This document shows positions 61,721-64,000 of a stretch of 64,000 bases of DNA, one piece after another; the stretch's first letter is position 1; the number at the start of each line of letters is the position of its first letter. This DNA comes from Haliotis rufescens. Taxonomy: Eukaryota. The stretch is from contig NW_025963779.1 in assembly GCF_023055435.1 (NCBI RefSeq), positions 32,612,001 through 32,676,000 on the forward strand, in the 5' to 3' direction. The notes under the pieces were generated by a model that saw only the letters and a program-made list of their open reading frames with translations, was not told the origin of the DNA and made no database searches. Made by a program: the position numbers and the translations under genes.

Positions 61721-62714
61721 ACGCAATGGTGTGCGTTGTATAGTCACAAAATGTCGCACAAGCTTGCACTCACGGTATTCCGAGTCCGTTCCGATTTGTG
61801 CACACTGTTGATTCCCATACACGGAAGCTACAGGCATATACCTCGTAATTAAGCGTTCGTTGGATTGGTGCACATTTAGTTTGGCGAAATATATGTCTGA
61901 GATTTATAAATGCGTGCTTATGTTTGTGTATATGATATGTTGTTGATATATTTAGCGTAGTAGTAATTTTGGACTTCACGAACTGATGCGATCCTTATCG
62001 AAGTAGGCATGCTTGAGTCGATCAATGATCTACATGTTTTCTGAATTTAGAGGAAATGGATACTTTAGAAACAGATCAATGCATTATAGTAGCGACAAGT
62101 TTATTACTGAAACACAGTGCCAAATTCTACACATGCTTGTCGTTTTTACAACACGTCTTGATGATTTTGACGACAGATCACCTGACACAAAATGTGTCAC
62201 ACTGGAAGCAAGGACCCAGTCTAATATATATGTGTATGTAAGCCGGTATGCTTCTATATGTTATGTCAGCATTATTGAATAAGAGCTGCAAATACCCCTG
62301 TCTTATGTTTTGATTGGCCCAGTGTACAATCTGTTAGCCTAGAATTGGTGTAGACTTGTTATTATTTTATGTCACCTTTGACCTCATCCGAAACCCTCGT
62401 CTTGTTACTATTCCTTCGGGTCAATGAGGTCATAATGTTGTTTTTTACTTATTAAACTGTTCCCATAATAATGTGACATGAACCAACACATCATGTCTTT
62501 TACTTTTAGTACTTTTACTCTCCTATCTATTACTTCTTTGCTGAAAAGTGTTAAGCAGACGGTCCAGACACAACAGTAGTGTATCATGTAATTGTCGATG
62601 CTACACTCAAACTACTGTTGTTTTGGGTTTTTTCATATCTACCACTACTACTTTATATCGTTAAGATTTGTCTTAGACTTGAATATCATCATGTAACACC
62701 TTCCATATCAACAG

Positions 62715-62861
62715 TGAGTGAGTTAGTGCTGACAAACTTAAAAACATAATCAGGGTGAACCGGGAATCGAACCCACAATCACAGGTTTCTGGCGTGCCCA
62801 AGGGACGCAACTCTGCACAGTGAATCACAGCGCCTTAGACGACTGGGCCACCCATGCCCCC
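62715..62861 (-). mobile_element. SINE family B, internally deleted
   Basis: Head GGGGCATGGGTGGCCCAGTCGTCTAAGGCG and B box GGTTCGATTCCC. Confidence 0.85.
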
Positions 62862-64000
62862 TGCATACCTACAAAATATTGTAAAAGTTTGTTTTCTGCA
62901 AATTTATTTCGCTATTAATTGAGATGTGACATTATAGGATCTAGAAGAACCAATGCATTACCTCTCAAGTGAACAAGGTCACCAGATGTCATATACAAAA
63001 TTCAGTTTGAAATCAAAAAATTTAAATGAAAAATTGCAAGAAATAACAAATGAGTCTAGAACACTTGCTAAGTTTCCACTTTTCAAGTTTATTGCATTTA
63101 ACAGGGAAATTGTCTGAAAGTTTTGTCAAAAAGAAAACATAGGTTATCTCCCTTGCCTTGTGATTATGTTTACAAGGATACAGTGATTTGAGTGTGATAA
63201 TAACATACCTTATAATTTGAATGCATTACTGAAATCATAAGTCATTATAGACTACACATAACAGGTACCTATCAATTTGCAGATCCAAGCATACCAACAT
63301 AATTTATTATGGTCTGCGGCCATGTAAGTTCAGCTTATGCCTCAATTACCCCCTCCTATACATGTAAAATCTAAAAGTGTTTGGAGAATACAATATAATG
63401 GGTACAATGTTCAGACCTTACAATTAGTGGGTTTAATAAGTGGCAAAGATATTGTACTAATCATGCTAACAAGCTCTCTTGCAATACCAATACAATTCAT
63501 GGATCGAGTGAAGAGGTATTCATTACTTGCTGTGTACAACGTTTTTGTAAGATTTCACTGTCATGTGTGGCCTGACACATGTATACGATCCACAGCACAG
63601 TCAACTTCAGTTTAACAGAAAAATGCTTCGAATATATCAAAAGTTATTTCAAATTATTTAGTACCATACAACAGCCCACCTTTAGAATTCAAGAGTCTGT
63701 TCCACAAAGCTATTGACACCCATACTTCAACATAGACATACGACTGTCGTTGCGTTACTATTGCTTGTGGAACATGGTCCTGCAACACAAAGTTTACAAT
63801 CATGTCACAATACCCTATGACCCCAATTTATGCAATTTTGTTGCAAGAACAGCGAAACAATGCCATGTGACGTCAGCCTAGTAACAGGGGTGCTGGGGTC
63901 ATCGAGTGCATAACAGCAGTAGAAATTGACACTAGTCCTGTAGTCCTTGCCCAAGTGGTTTTTTGCCATTTTTAAGGGTTTTGTCATGTGTTATCATTAT

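Noticed and set aside
1-64000. CRISPR array or prokaryotic operons
   Set aside because: There is no short repeat-spacer structure, and spliceosomal introns and SINEs show the DNA is eukaryotic.

Overview
Eukaryotic, non-vertebrate DNA. The SINE content looks molluscan, probably a gastropod such as abalone; this is inference from recalled repeat sequences. (1) 1-30442 is the right end of a macrosatellite: one partial and eight complete head-to-tail units of about 3.45-3.49 kb, nearly identical. Each unit has a CT-rich microsatellite with a variable N run, a palindromic double-YY1/NotI site, and a minus-strand gene-like cassette: splice signals, a GC3-rich exon encoding an acidic tract plus a cationic amphipathic helix, one shared in-frame TAG, and an AATAAA. 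(2) 30443-64000 is AT-rich single-copy DNA rich in SINEs (four families) and MITEs. It holds a 12-coding-exon minus-strand gene (about 643 aa) for a coiled-coil protein with the motifs of the fungal/protist Bfr1 family, and a likely bidirectional promoter at about 61.1-61.7 kb. Main leads: a SINE family with no tRNA head whose 5' end is a covarying pseudoknot (candidate ribozyme or processing element), the gene-carrying macrosatellite, and an apparent animal Bfr1 homologue. Most short ORFs in the supplied track are spurious.
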